DNA of 24,922 nucleotides from Saprolegnia diclina VS20 (lineage: Eukaryota): contig NW_008246089.1 in the NCBI RefSeq assembly GCF_000281045.1, forward strand, positions 392,737 through 417,658, read 5' to 3'. Position 1 is the first letter of the stretch, and each line of letters opens with the position of its first letter. The notes below the pieces were generated by a model, which was not told where the DNA came from, made no database searches, and saw nothing but the letters and a program-made list of their open reading frames with translations. Shown one piece after another: positions 1 through 10,335 of this stretch. The translations under genes were made by a program, and so were the position numbers.

Positions 1-40
1 CTGTGATAGTTCGATACATTATTGAAAGATGATTGCATTG

Positions 41-1855
41 CTACTCAAACTGCTCGGCGTGGAACGCAAAGTGGGTCGTCGCATCGCTGTAGCTGTCACA
101 AATGGCTTGCACGTCGCGCGCCATCGCCTTGGCGCCGCAGTGGAAGACGCCAACCGTGTCGTCGGCATGCGCCGCCGCCAAGGCCTCAAAAATCGTCGGC
201 CACGCTGGGCGACCGCGGTGCACCACGTGCCGCGCGCTCGAGGTGACGGTCATTGCGTCACTGGCCGTCAAGAAGCACTGCACATCGACAATGCCGTTGA
301 CATCGAGACGCGCGACGTCCTGCATTGTGTCGTGAAACCACTCGAACGACTCTTCTTCCCGCGCGACCCAGAACACATGGACGCGCTGCGTCACGCACGA
401 CGGCGGGTGCACGAGGTGGTCACATGCGGCGCACTGGTGGCGGTTCCACACGTGGAGAAGGTCTCGAAGGATCGACACAAACGGCGTGATACCAATGCCG
501 CCGCCGATGAGCACGATCGTCGAGTAGTCGCGGTAGGCGACCGCTGGCGTCCCGATGGGTCCATCGAGAAAGAGCATGTCGTTCGGATGAAGGTCGCGGT
601 GGTAGAGCGCCAACGTCCAGTCGCCGGTGACACGAATGTGGAGCGAGAGAAATGCATCGTCGGGGGCCGACGTGAGTGTGAACGGGTGCCACTCGCACGC
701 TGCGAGGCTCGGGATGTTGACGTAGACAAACATGCCAGGCACAAAGGTAAACCCCTTGGGCTTGACGAGGTGTAGGCGCAGCGTGTCGCGAAAATGAACG
801 ACGTCCGAAATGCGGACAGCGTCGACCGCGCGCTTGGCGATGCGTACACGCCGCTCGACGAGGTATATGAGGAGCGGCGGCCCGATCCAGAGATACGATT
901 GGGCCGTGCTGAACCATGACGTGGCGCCATGAAACGAGAGCAAAACGAGAAAGAGTAAGAACATGAGGTGGCTGTACCAAAAGACGTTGAAGTGACGCCG
1001 CCGGACGCATGGCAGCACGGCCAATGGCACGGCGATAAGGATGATGACGAGCATCGCGCCGCCCGTCCAAAATGGCAGTGAGGCGCACAGCTTCCTGAGT
1101 GGCGGCCACGCTGTCGCGTCACGGAGCAGCGGGATGAGCGCCTTGACGTACGATGCGTCTGCGTCGGCGGGTACCGGGAGGGCATAAAAGAACACAAGGT
1201 TGGCCACATGCGCGCCGACATGTAGCAGACCTGCGAGGAGGAGCACGATACCCGAGAGCTTGTGGAACACCATGGCTTGCTCGATCGGCACATAGTACGC
1301 GAGGCTTGGAACGAGCCGCAGAAGAGCAAAGATGCAGCGGCAGAACGGAAGCAGCACGAGGAGGCTGTTGAGCATGACAACCTGCGCACACCCGCGCGCG
1401 ATCGTGAGGCCGTAGCCGACAACCGCGTCCTTGGGGTACTGCATCGTCTTGGAGCAAAAGGCCGCCGCGTTGCCCAGTGTGTAGAGGAGAAGCCAGAGCA
1501 GTGGACGGCGGTGGCGGCGGTAGTACGCGCGTATCGAGGCACACCGTGGTGGTGGTGGTGGTAGTGTCTGCCTCGTGGCAAGGTTTGGCCGGTCGTGGGC
1601 GCGTAGCGTCTGTACCACCTCGAGGTGGGCACCAACCTCTTTTACGGGACATGGCTCGTCGCCGCCAATCGACGACGAATTGGTGGTCCAGCAGTGCTGG
1701 CTGCGCGTGTGCTCGTTCTTGCTGTCGAAGGCCGCGTACATCGAGTCCATTTGGGCAAAGTGCAAAGTCGAATGAAAGCAAGTTAGTCGGTGATCGTCCC
1801 AGTATTCTGGCGTATCCGAGCTGTTGGACCATGACGTTTGCAAAAAACGCATCAT
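41..1855 (-). CDS. NADPH oxidase / respiratory burst oxidase homolog (ferric reductase-like TM + FAD-binding + NAD(P)H-binding domains)
   Basis: Paired heme His in FHKLSGIVLLLAGLLH and FWYSHLMFLLFLVLLSFHG; FAD motif EWHPFTLTSAP; DGPIG; NADPH motif GGGIGITPF; GRPAW; VGVFHCG; C-terminal FHAEQF. The ORF track starts at a GTG (1873). The first in-frame ATG is 1855, and the true start is uncertain. Confidence 0.92.
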   Translation of the reverse strand: MMRFLQTSWSNSSDTPEYWDDHRLTCFHSTLHFAQMDSMYAAFDSKNEHTRSQHCWTTNSSSIGGDEPCPVKEVGAHLEVVQTLRAHDRPNLATRQTLPPPPPRCASIRAYYRRHRRPLLWLLLYTLGNAAAFCSKTMQYPKDAVVGYGLTIARGCAQVVMLNSLLVLLPFCRCIFALLRLVPSLAYYVPIEQAMVFHKLSGIVLLLAGLLHVGAHVANLVFFYALPVPADADASYVKALIPLLRDATAWPPLRKLCASLPFWTGGAMLVIILIAVPLAVLPCVRRRHFNVFWYSHLMFLLFLVLLSFHGATSWFSTAQSYLWIGPPLLIYLVERRVRIAKRAVDAVRISDVVHFRDTLRLHLVKPKGFTFVPGMFVYVNIPSLAACEWHPFTLTSAPDDAFLSLHIRVTGDWTLALYHRDLHPNDMLFLDGPIGTPAVAYRDYSTIVLIGGGIGITPFVSILRDLLHVWNRHQCAACDHLVHPPSCVTQRVHVFWVAREEESFEWFHDTMQDVARLDVNGIVDVQCFLTASDAMTVTSSARHVVHRGRPAWPTIFEALAAAHADDTVGVFHCGAKAMARDVQAICDSYSDATTHFAFHAEQFE

Positions 1856-2309
1856 GGTCCAACTTGTCGCCACCGATGGACAATCTCAGAAGGACTCAGA
1901 TCTGCTCGGATACTGCAACTGTCCGCATGTAGTCAAGTTCAAACAGCTGCTCGCTTCAAGACTGTCGTCGCGCTACGGAAGGATGCGCAAGTCGCCTGAT
2001 TCGACGCCCAATGGGTGCTTGACGCGCGTGCATTTTGTTTCTTACCACGACACCCTTCGCCCGTTGGCTCTGGAGTCATTCGCACCAATGAGACGATATG
2101 CTCTCGGACTAGGATACGACGGTGGGTAGGACGTTGCAGTTGTCGTCAGCCATCCACGCAAGCTCTGCTGCCATGGCAGCGTGGTAACGTGCGAGGTCCC
2201 GTTTGGCGATCGTGGTGCGTCGATCTCGACACCGCAAGCGGCTGCTCGTACTTGAACCCACAGTAAAACTTGGTAGCAACCATCATGTTCCTCTCAAATG
2301 GCTCTGTCT

Positions 2310-3278
2310 CTATGCGAGCAAGTGCTTGGTCTCGGCAATGGCCCAGTCGTAGTTGCCCCAGAAGCCCCAGCCCGCCATGAAGCGCACGTAGTCGAGGAGG
2401 CACCATAAAAAGTGCTCCTTGAGCTTGGCCAAGTTGTAGCTGTGGGCGTCTTTTCCGAGATGCGCTATGGCCGATAAGAACGTATCCAAGTAGCGCTGCA
2501 GGAGAGCATCCAAGTTCCGAAGCGCCGAGCGACTCGTGCTCGAGCAGAGGAGGTACGCGAGGTCGCGGGCGCCGAGGCCTTGGCCCACGTACTGAAAGTC
2601 GACCCACGCGCACGAGATGCTACCGTCCGAGGCCTTTTTCCAGAGCATGTTGGCCGACTTGGCGTCGCCGTGCAAGAGCGTCTCGTACTGCGAATCGCGC
2701 GTCTTGGCGTCAATCGCAGCAGCCTGCGCCTTGAGTTTGGTCGCGAGGCCGTCGTTGCCCATGGCTGCGAGCTCTTCCTGGCGCGTCGCTAGGTACCAGT
2801 AGCCGCCATCGCGCCCGACGCCATCATCGTCATTGGCGTGATTCCAGTACGACGCATGAAAGTTAGCGAGCCAGTCGAGGGCCGCGTCCAAGTAGTCGCC
2901 TTGCAGCGAGTACGTATTGTCGGGAAAGGGCACCGAGAGGTCTTCGAGCACAAAGCAAAAGCTCGGGCCGTCGTACCGCTCGATTGCATGCACCGCAGGC
3001 ACCCGCGCGAGCGACTGCGACGCGAGCTGCGCGTAAAAGTAGCCTTCGACTTCGTACGACCGGAGCTTGCGCTGGTTCGAGACCGAGTTGGAACGCGGCG
3101 GCGTAATGGACTTGACGATGACCGCATTGCCGTTCGAGAGGAGCACCTGGTAGATGCTGCCGTAGCCAGCCCAGAGAGAGCAGAGCTCGCGCTTGCTCTG
3201 CACACTCGCGCCAGGAAAGGTTGCCTCGATCGCCTCCGAGATCGCATCGGACGCAGGCTGCTTCGTCTTACGGGCCAT
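2310..3278 (-). CDS. Ecdysteroid kinase-like / APH-choline kinase family phosphotransferase
   Basis: LWAGYGSI glycine loop, IVK lysine, RSYEVEGYFY, LEDL hinge, catalytic HGDAKSAN and DFQYVG motifs. ATG at 3278 (MARKTK) is preferred and is preceded by a CCAAT box. Confidence 0.85.
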   Translation of the reverse strand: MARKTKQPASDAISEAIEATFPGASVQSKRELCSLWAGYGSIYQVLLSNGNAVIVKSITPPRSNSVSNQRKLRSYEVEGYFYAQLASQSLARVPAVHAIERYDGPSFCFVLEDLSVPFPDNTYSLQGDYLDAALDWLANFHASYWNHANDDDGVGRDGGYWYLATRQEELAAMGNDGLATKLKAQAAAIDAKTRDSQYETLLHGDAKSANMLWKKASDGSISCAWVDFQYVGQGLGARDLAYLLCSSTSRSALRNLDALLQRYLDTFLSAIAHLGKDAHSYNLAKLKEHFLWCLLDYVRFMAGWGFWGNYDWAIAETKHLLA

Positions 3279-3769
3279 TTTCGACTCTTGTGATTGGCGG
3301 ACGCAACGACTGCCACAAACAACTCGGCATCTGTATGGTATAGTGGGTGGTATATCAAACAGTAGTAGCCACAAAGCCTTGCCCTTTGTCTTGGATCGTC
3401 TGTTTGCCCATGTTGAGAGCTGGCACATGGAGAGACCTTCGACATTGGTCTATTTCATCGTATCAACTGTGAACTATTAACGGTTTGCTGGTCACGTGTT
3501 GTCATCACGTGCAGTCGACGGCCATCGGACGGTCCACATCGGCCGCCGTTTCGGAACTCGCCTGTCGCATGCGCTGGTCAAGCAAGTTGTCCACACTTGC
3601 ATAGCACCACTGCACGGATTCAAAGTGTACTAGTACTAGAATCGCAACTTAGATGGGCTTTCCGTCTCGCTCCTGACGCGCATCCCGATGGTCCGTCGCC
3701 CCAAATGCGAACGATTCTGTTGGACGAGGTGTACATGGTGCAGAATCCGCGGTGAACACATTGTGTATG

Positions 3770-6700
3770 TTAGAGTCGACTCAGCGGAATCGCACGCCGA
3801 ATGCGTTCGTGCTTGCCGCTCGAAGCCGCCGACAAGCGGACATGGAAGTAGCGCCACGACTTGACATCCAAAATGTGCAGATGGCCGTTGCGCTCAAGGG
3901 CGAGGATGCCGGCCATGAGTGCCGACGTCTTGTCCAAGTAAAACTCATCGTGGACGACCCAATCGGAGAAGTCGAGCATGTAGTAGCTTGAGGCGTTCAG
4001 GAGCGTCGTGGGCACCTCGCGCGGCGGTAAATGCGGCGACCACAGCCGCTCGAGCCCGTAGCAAAGCACGACGCTGCTCAGGCCAATGAGAAACCCGATT
4101 GCGAGTCGGTTGGCGTCACCGATCTGCACGACGCCGCTCTCGCACGTGAGCTGCAAGTCCATATCGATATAGCGGCATCTTCGAGCTAGCGTGGCCACAT
4201 GTGCTTGCGGCGAGAGAGTGTTCCAGATGGCGGCCACGGCCCACGCCACGAGCGCGCTCTTGTAGGCGTACGCGGTCGTATATTGCAGCGTGACGCAGCT
4301 CCACATGTCGTTGAGGACGTAGACAAACCAGGTCGTCTCGGCGCCCGCGAGCACCGTCTTGTACCACGGGAGCGGCGGCGACACAAAGCGCGTGCCGGAC
4401 CCAACTTGGACGAGCTGGAGCGTGCTCGTGTTAAGGAGCCAAAACGCCGTGATGCTGCGAATGACGAGGAAGAAGCGGCCGACCCACACATGCCCGACGA
4501 TCCGGTTGAGCTCGAGGAGGTTGAGCCCCTCAATGTGCCCACGCTCGTGGATCCCCGAGACAACGAGCAGCGCAGCGAGTGCGATGAAGACCATCGTGAT
4601 GTAGCGCACACACCACTGAAAGAGAAACGAGAGGGTTTCGGGAATTTCGCCCGGCACCGGCGCCATGGTCAGCGGCGACGACCGTGACGAGATGGTCGTG
4701 ACCTGGCCGTCGTCCCCTTGAAACGACACGACGTCACGGAGACCCGCCATCCAATCAAACACGTAGCTCCAGCCGTAGAAATGCCAGCCAGGATCGTCGT
4801 TTAGCGGCAAAAGCGGTTGTTGGTAGAGCTGCAATGGCGCCATGGGCTGAAAGCGAAGGTACTGGACGATACGGATGTGGAGCGAGCGAATGTCGGCGAC
4901 GGCGGCCAAGAGGTGCGGACCGAGCTGCGCATCGATGCCCGTCTCCCGCAGAAAGGTTTGGATCGTATGGTAGTTGTCGGCGCAGACCGATCGCTTGTAC
5001 ATGTCGAGATCGCACACGAGCTGGAACGACTGGGTCGGAAACACTTGGGTGTACGCGAGCGTCGCAAAGAGCAGCTGCCGCGGCGACGGCTTGAGGCTGT
5101 CGAAGAACGACGCGTGGCACATATTTTGGACCCCAAAGAAGCAATCGAGGCCGTACGAGAGCGTGTACGTGGGCTGGTCGTCGCCGCAGAGGAGGTTGCC
5201 GCCGTGCGTCGTCACGTTCGGTGACGCGAGGAGGGCGAGGGGCACACCACTCATGCTCGGCGCCACCGGCAAGGCCCAGTACGCAGCTTGCAGCGTCAGG
5301 TTGGACATGACGAGCTCCGTCACAAGCGAAGACAAGGCGCCGTAGATCGCGCGGAGCCGGGCGGGTACTTCTACGTACTCCATGTCGATGGCGTTGAAGG
5401 GTCCGAGGGTCGCTTGGAGAAGCCCTAACCCCATCGTCAAGGGCGTCGGCAGGGTGTGGTTGCTCACGAGGAGCGACTCGCTCGTGCGATTCGCAAAGGC
5501 AAAGCGAGCACTCGACGCGAGCAAGCTGCCACCGACAACCGCAGTCGCATTGCAACCGACCGCCCAGAGATCGCTGGCAAAGCCCCAGTACATTTTGCGT
5601 GACGTCTGCTGCGTGAGGTGCATCGAGCCCATCGATGCGCTCAAGCTCAGCGGAAACGTCCACCCGAGCGCCGTCACGATCGAGAGCGAGTCGAGGAGAC
5701 CGACGGTCTTGAAGTTTTGCCACTGGAGCGAAAAGTACTCGATCTGAGAGGCGCGCCAGAACGCCACCTCGTCCGCGATGCTGTCAGTGTTCGCTGTCGT
5801 GCGCAAGAGCCACGCTTGGCCGCGGCTCGTGCTTGCGAGGTCGTTGGCGATACCAAACGCAAACGATTCGCCCCAGCAGTCGTAAAAGACGGCCCAATTG
5901 TTGAGGTTGCGAAGCGGTGCCTCGAGGTACGCGGCCCCGTTGCTTGTCTGAGAAGCGAAGCATCGGGCTTGGCGCTTGCTTGTACTGGCGAGCTCCCACT
6001 CGCGTGCAAAGTCGAGCCAGCAGTACTGGGTAAACATCCACGGCATATTGCACGGGCTCATGTCACGAAGACCTTGGACGATGCTAACGAGCGGGACGTC
6101 TCGTCGGTAGAGCTCCCGGCGCGCCAGCGTCTCGCTCCATACGATCGACGACACGGATTCATTATAGACGCGGTCGAGGTCGCCGCTCGACGCTGCATCG
6201 AGCTCGAGGTTGCCGGACGTGGTCACGAGGAGCTGTTGGTTGAAGAGGTTGGCGAGGAAGGTGCGAGTTCCGCTACTGTTGAAGTTGGCCCAGCCATAGT
6301 CGTTGGCCAAGTAGGTTGTCGCGACGTCCAAGTAGAGGACGTTGCCGGCGAGCGAGAGGACGAGGTAGACAAATCCAAGCGCGAGAACCACGTTGCTCAA
6401 GCGCGGGTGCTGACGCCGATGCAGCCCCAGCACCGACGCCTGGCGCTGCAGCGACGCGCGCCGCGCGTGGCGAAAGCAAGCATCGGGCAGCACGACCGCC
6501 GATTGCGACGGCTGGAGCGCAAAGCCGCCATTTTCAAAAAGGAGCCAGAGCTTGATGTCAAAGAGCCACCGATGCGCGCTGGTTTCGAACGCAAAGAGCC
6601 CGGCCATGCTGGCACTCGTGCGATCGAGGGAGAGACCACCGGTCGGGCAGCGCAAGGTATTCGGTGGCGCAAACGCCAACAGCGCGGGGGGAAGGAGCAA

Positions 6701-9055
6701 GTTGGGGACACCGATCGTCGGCGGCGGCTCGGGCGCGAGCAAGAGAGAACCAAGGCCAAAGCAGACAAGGACGCTCGCGACATTGATGCTGACAATCGTC
6801 ATGGTCCGAGGCAGCGCGCCGATGCTGACAAGGCCGCTCGTGCAGTAGATCATTTCGTCCATGTTGACCATGTAGCACGACCGGTGGACGGACGCGGTGA
6901 CGTCGATGGGCGACGCCACGTCCAAGGTCGCAATCAACAGCCACGCGAGGTGCGAGCTAAAGGGCGCGTACCGGCTCGAGCCCGCGAGCGGCTGCAAGAG
7001 GTCGTGCAGCAGATACGTGATCCACGTCGTCTCGGCCGCTAGCGCCGTCGACGCTATGGCCGAACGAGGGGCTGACACAAAGTGCAGGAGCCCGCCATCC
7101 GTATGCACGTCAACCGATGCTGTCGCGAGGCAGAGCGTGGCCACGAGACTCCGAAGACCGAGGATGCCGCGGTTGAGCCAGACCGCACTTGTGATGCGGT
7201 TGAAGAGAAACCAATGACAATGTTGGGGCCGCAAGACGGCAAAGAGACTGAGCGAGAGGCCGCCGACGAGCGCCAATGTCCCGCTGCACACGTACGCACA
7301 GAGACGCAGGTAGTTGGCCCACGTGAGCGAGAGGGTCGTCGCGCGCGGCGATGCCAAGCACGTATACACGTGCGAGAGAAGGTTTAAGGAGCGCACGTCG
7401 CCTTGAAATGAAATGGCTTCGCGCTCGTGGAAAAGCCAGTCGTAGACCATGACCCAGCCGTGGAAGGCAATGTCCGCGTCGAGCAGTCGCAGCTCCTCGA
7501 TGCGAATCGCAGACCCGTTGATGTCACCGACAAACTGCATGAGCGAGAGGTTCAGCGCCTGCGTCGCGGCAAGGGTCGAAGCGCCGACCTCGGGCAGCGG
7601 TGGCAGCTCGTGGTACGTGGCATTCACAAGCGACAAGGTCGCATAACACGTGGCGCGCGCATAGCTTGGCTCGAGTGCGCACGGTGCACCAACCTCTCCG
7701 CGTAGCGCGCTCCACGCAAAGAGGCCATTGAACGCATTTAGGGGCACGTTAAACGGCGTTTGACTCGAGCACGCGTCGTCAAACCCAAACGCGTTTTGTA
7801 CAAACATGAGCGGCTCGCCAAAACCGCACATGGGGTTGCCGCCGTAAAAGACAAAGGACGGATCTTCCCACTGCTGCGGCGTCGGCGCCAGTGTCATGGC
7901 GCCGATCGTCGCCATCGCCGACGTTGCATTCGCGTGCAAGTGCTCGAGCAGCGCGACGCGCCATGTGGCAAGGTGCGTCACGAGAGATGACGGCGGTGCT
8001 ATCCACTTGAGGTCAATGTTGGCGAGCGGTCCAACTTGGTCGTGCATGACCTGGAAGAGCTTGCTCAGCGGGTACCCGACGTCAAACACTTCGATTTGGG
8101 TCGAGTCAACGTCGCCAAAGTAGTTGAACGTGCCGCGAACCAGACTCTGGTTGGCGCCAATCGCGTCAAAGTCATTCGCAAGACACATGCTCATGTACGT
8201 CGACGTCCAGAGCGGCACGCGCGTCGCGGCCGCAAGAGCCTTCACCTCGAGCCACGTCGCCGTGCCCAACGCGTTCTCAATTAGAATCGACTCTTGGAGC
8301 CCGAGTTGGATGCGGTTGGTGTACTGCAGCGTAAAGCGGAAGAGACCGTGGCTTTGCCATACGTCGACCTCGTCGTCAATCGAGAGCCACTCGTGGTTCT
8401 TCAGTTGCGCAACCCACGCCGCGCCACGTGGTGTGCGGGCAATTGGGTCGGCCACGTGCACCGCAAACCGGTTCTGGGTCACCTCGAGCCAGTCGCTCAA
8501 TGGAATGTTGCGCAAGACAGCTTCGAGGACGACGGCCGCGTTTTCAAAATCGGTGCGTTCGCAGCGCGATTGCCGGGCGCGCGTGTGCGCGAGTTCCCAG
8601 CGCCGGTTCAAGTCCACCCAGCAGTACAGCGTGGCCATGGACGCCACCTTGTCCGCATCCAGACGCCGAAGACCCGTGATGGCATCGACCAAGCCCGTGA
8701 GACGCTCGTAGAGGAGCTTGCGCGGGTACGACGGCGCCGCACATGCAGTGTGTGTGTCGACGACCGCGGCCACCGGCATCATCAGTGCCACGCTTAAGGC
8801 AGTCGCATTCATCGGCAATAGCGCCAACTGCACGTTGAAGATCTCCGAGACGAGCGTCGACACGTTGAGCGCGTGAAAATTCGGCCAAAAGTAGTCGCTT
8901 GCCAGGTACGGGTCCATGACGAGGACGCAGTAGAAGCTAAGACCCACAGACGAAAGTACGTAGAGGATACCAACCGCGTCATAGTACGCGCGGTGCGCTC
9001 GTGGTGCAATCGGAATCAAATCGGCCGTCGGATGGCGGGCGGGCGCGACGCTCAT
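3770..9055 (-). CDS. Large intronless multi-pass membrane protein (~1760 aa) made of two homologous halves; oomycete (Saprolegniales-expanded) uncharacterised family
   Basis: 5.5 kb open frame with several hydrophobic segments and duplicated motifs (YCWVDLNRRWELA / YCWLDFAREWELA; ETTWITY / ETTWFVY). Start placed at MSVAP (9055), although the frame is open to 9340. Confidence 0.85.
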   Translation of the reverse strand: MSVAPARHPTADLIPIAPRAHRAYYDAVGILYVLSSVGLSFYCVLVMDPYLASDYFWPNFHALNVSTLVSEIFNVQLALLPMNATALSVALMMPVAAVVDTHTACAAPSYPRKLLYERLTGLVDAITGLRRLDADKVASMATLYCWVDLNRRWELAHTRARQSRCERTDFENAAVVLEAVLRNIPLSDWLEVTQNRFAVHVADPIARTPRGAAWVAQLKNHEWLSIDDEVDVWQSHGLFRFTLQYTNRIQLGLQESILIENALGTATWLEVKALAAATRVPLWTSTYMSMCLANDFDAIGANQSLVRGTFNYFGDVDSTQIEVFDVGYPLSKLFQVMHDQVGPLANIDLKWIAPPSSLVTHLATWRVALLEHLHANATSAMATIGAMTLAPTPQQWEDPSFVFYGGNPMCGFGEPLMFVQNAFGFDDACSSQTPFNVPLNAFNGLFAWSALRGEVGAPCALEPSYARATCYATLSLVNATYHELPPLPEVGASTLAATQALNLSLMQFVGDINGSAIRIEELRLLDADIAFHGWVMVYDWLFHEREAISFQGDVRSLNLLSHVYTCLASPRATTLSLTWANYLRLCAYVCSGTLALVGGLSLSLFAVLRPQHCHWFLFNRITSAVWLNRGILGLRSLVATLCLATASVDVHTDGGLLHFVSAPRSAIASTALAAETTWITYLLHDLLQPLAGSSRYAPFSSHLAWLLIATLDVASPIDVTASVHRSCYMVNMDEMIYCTSGLVSIGALPRTMTIVSINVASVLVCFGLGSLLLAPEPPPTIGVPNLLLPPALLAFAPPNTLRCPTGGLSLDRTSASMAGLFAFETSAHRWLFDIKLWLLFENGGFALQPSQSAVVLPDACFRHARRASLQRQASVLGLHRRQHPRLSNVVLALGFVYLVLSLAGNVLYLDVATTYLANDYGWANFNSSGTRTFLANLFNQQLLVTTSGNLELDAASSGDLDRVYNESVSSIVWSETLARRELYRRDVPLVSIVQGLRDMSPCNMPWMFTQYCWLDFAREWELASTSKRQARCFASQTSNGAAYLEAPLRNLNNWAVFYDCWGESFAFGIANDLASTSRGQAWLLRTTANTDSIADEVAFWRASQIEYFSLQWQNFKTVGLLDSLSIVTALGWTFPLSLSASMGSMHLTQQTSRKMYWGFASDLWAVGCNATAVVGGSLLASSARFAFANRTSESLLVSNHTLPTPLTMGLGLLQATLGPFNAIDMEYVEVPARLRAIYGALSSLVTELVMSNLTLQAAYWALPVAPSMSGVPLALLASPNVTTHGGNLLCGDDQPTYTLSYGLDCFFGVQNMCHASFFDSLKPSPRQLLFATLAYTQVFPTQSFQLVCDLDMYKRSVCADNYHTIQTFLRETGIDAQLGPHLLAAVADIRSLHIRIVQYLRFQPMAPLQLYQQPLLPLNDDPGWHFYGWSYVFDWMAGLRDVVSFQGDDGQVTTISSRSSPLTMAPVPGEIPETLSFLFQWCVRYITMVFIALAALLVVSGIHERGHIEGLNLLELNRIVGHVWVGRFFLVIRSITAFWLLNTSTLQLVQVGSGTRFVSPPLPWYKTVLAGAETTWFVYVLNDMWSCVTLQYTTAYAYKSALVAWAVAAIWNTLSPQAHVATLARRCRYIDMDLQLTCESGVVQIGDANRLAIGFLIGLSSVVLCYGLERLWSPHLPPREVPTTLLNASSYYMLDFSDWVVHDEFYLDKTSALMAGILALERNGHLHILDVKSWRYFHVRLSAASSGKHERIRRAIPLSRL

Positions 9056-10319
9056 GCTCGGTGCCGCGGCAGTTGCAGCGTGGTAACCGCGCCGGTTACG
9101 TCCTGTCCCGAGCCGCATCCTGTCCCTCGCGCTGTGCGATGTGCACGCCTCCCACTTGACCTCCTCGTGTCCGCAGTGCCGCATCTGTAGGTGCCGCTCT
9201 AGCGTGTGGCCTGGGTGCAAAGAGACAGCGTTCGCCAACAGTGTCAGTGGTGCGCCACTTCCCACGTTCACAGGCGGACGAACCACGGTTGCCAGCGGGA
9301 CGTGCTTGGTCCGCCACATCGTCCGCGTGATGGCCTCCAACGGCGTCGCCAGGAGCTCTCACCTGCATTTTGATTCCAAAGGCAAGCGACTTTGAATTGC
9401 TCGACGGTCGCGAATGAGTCGAACGGTGAAACCCACGCGTGAAGGTTTCCACCTGGTTTTCACTGCGTTTTGGAAACGACACCAATTTTTACGCTGGGAT
9501 CGTCGCCGGGCTTCTTTTCTCTGGAAATTGGAATGCACTCGATTGAATCTAGAAGGCAGCAGGAAAAACGAGTGGCCGTCGCGCGGGTTGTCGCGACCGC
9601 AATGGCTTCAACTCGTGCCTCCAGTGTGTATTTTATTAAAGATCGGCTTGAAATTATTTTAAAAAATGGCGAGCGTCGCGCACGACAAGATCGTGGGTTT
9701 TTGCCTCCTGACTTGATGTTTGTATACGTCGTCGCGTTACGCGCGCGCCGAGAGTCTGCGAGGAATGCGGAAATCCCAATTGAATCCCAACAAGAAATAA
9801 AGAAAAGCGAGCCGAAGCCGCCGCTTTCTTTGGGCCACGATGACACCGACGACGCAAAGCGAAGCGCCGACCTCATAGCCCGACGTCGCACCCTAGCTCG
9901 CCTTGAAACGACGATATAAATACATGGTACGCTCGCAGAAAGGACTCTGGGCCCCAGTTCGTGGTCGTCGGAGAAGCACACAACCGACGACTCGGGGCTA
10001 ATTTAAATGCCACCCAGGTGAGTCACACCCCCAAGTGACGCCCACCCTGGTGGGGCGTCCCAATTATAGAATCCTCGGACATGACTTTTGTGCATACAAA
10101 TGCCAAGTTGACTTAAAGCGCCGGCTTTAAATGATCTGATACACTTAAGGTTTGTATACCCATCGCTTGCGTTTTCATTGGTCCCCACATTTTCGTGGCG
10201 GTCAGGGTGGTGGTTTCACGTGAACGGGATCCTCGGAGACTATAATTTGACTTGGTGTTTGTATGCGAAAACACAATCACTCTGGTTCGGATTTGCGAGC
10301 CAACTCTGGTGCCAACTCG

Positions 10320-10335
10320 ACTCACTTGCCATTTG
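10320..10335 (+). promoter_or_regulatory. Putative oomycete Inr+FPR core promoter for ODC
   Basis: ACTCACTTGCCATTTG resembles the oomycete YCAYTYY..WTTT initiator/flanking consensus. It implies a ~230 nt leader with no AUG before 10552. Confidence 0.5.

Noticed and set aside
1546..1562. (GGT)n microsatellite
   Set aside because: It simply encodes the poly-Pro run in the NADPH oxidase.
9460..9981. Overlapping 149 aa (+) and 173 aa (-) ORFs
   Set aside because: Non-ATG starts, atypical codon usage and no motifs. Probably intergenic.
10178..10330. 5' part of the 105 aa ORF upstream of ODC as a stand-alone gene
   Set aside because: It has a TTG start and lies upstream of the putative Inr. Only the part from about 10331 looks coding-like, and that part is treated as the uORF.
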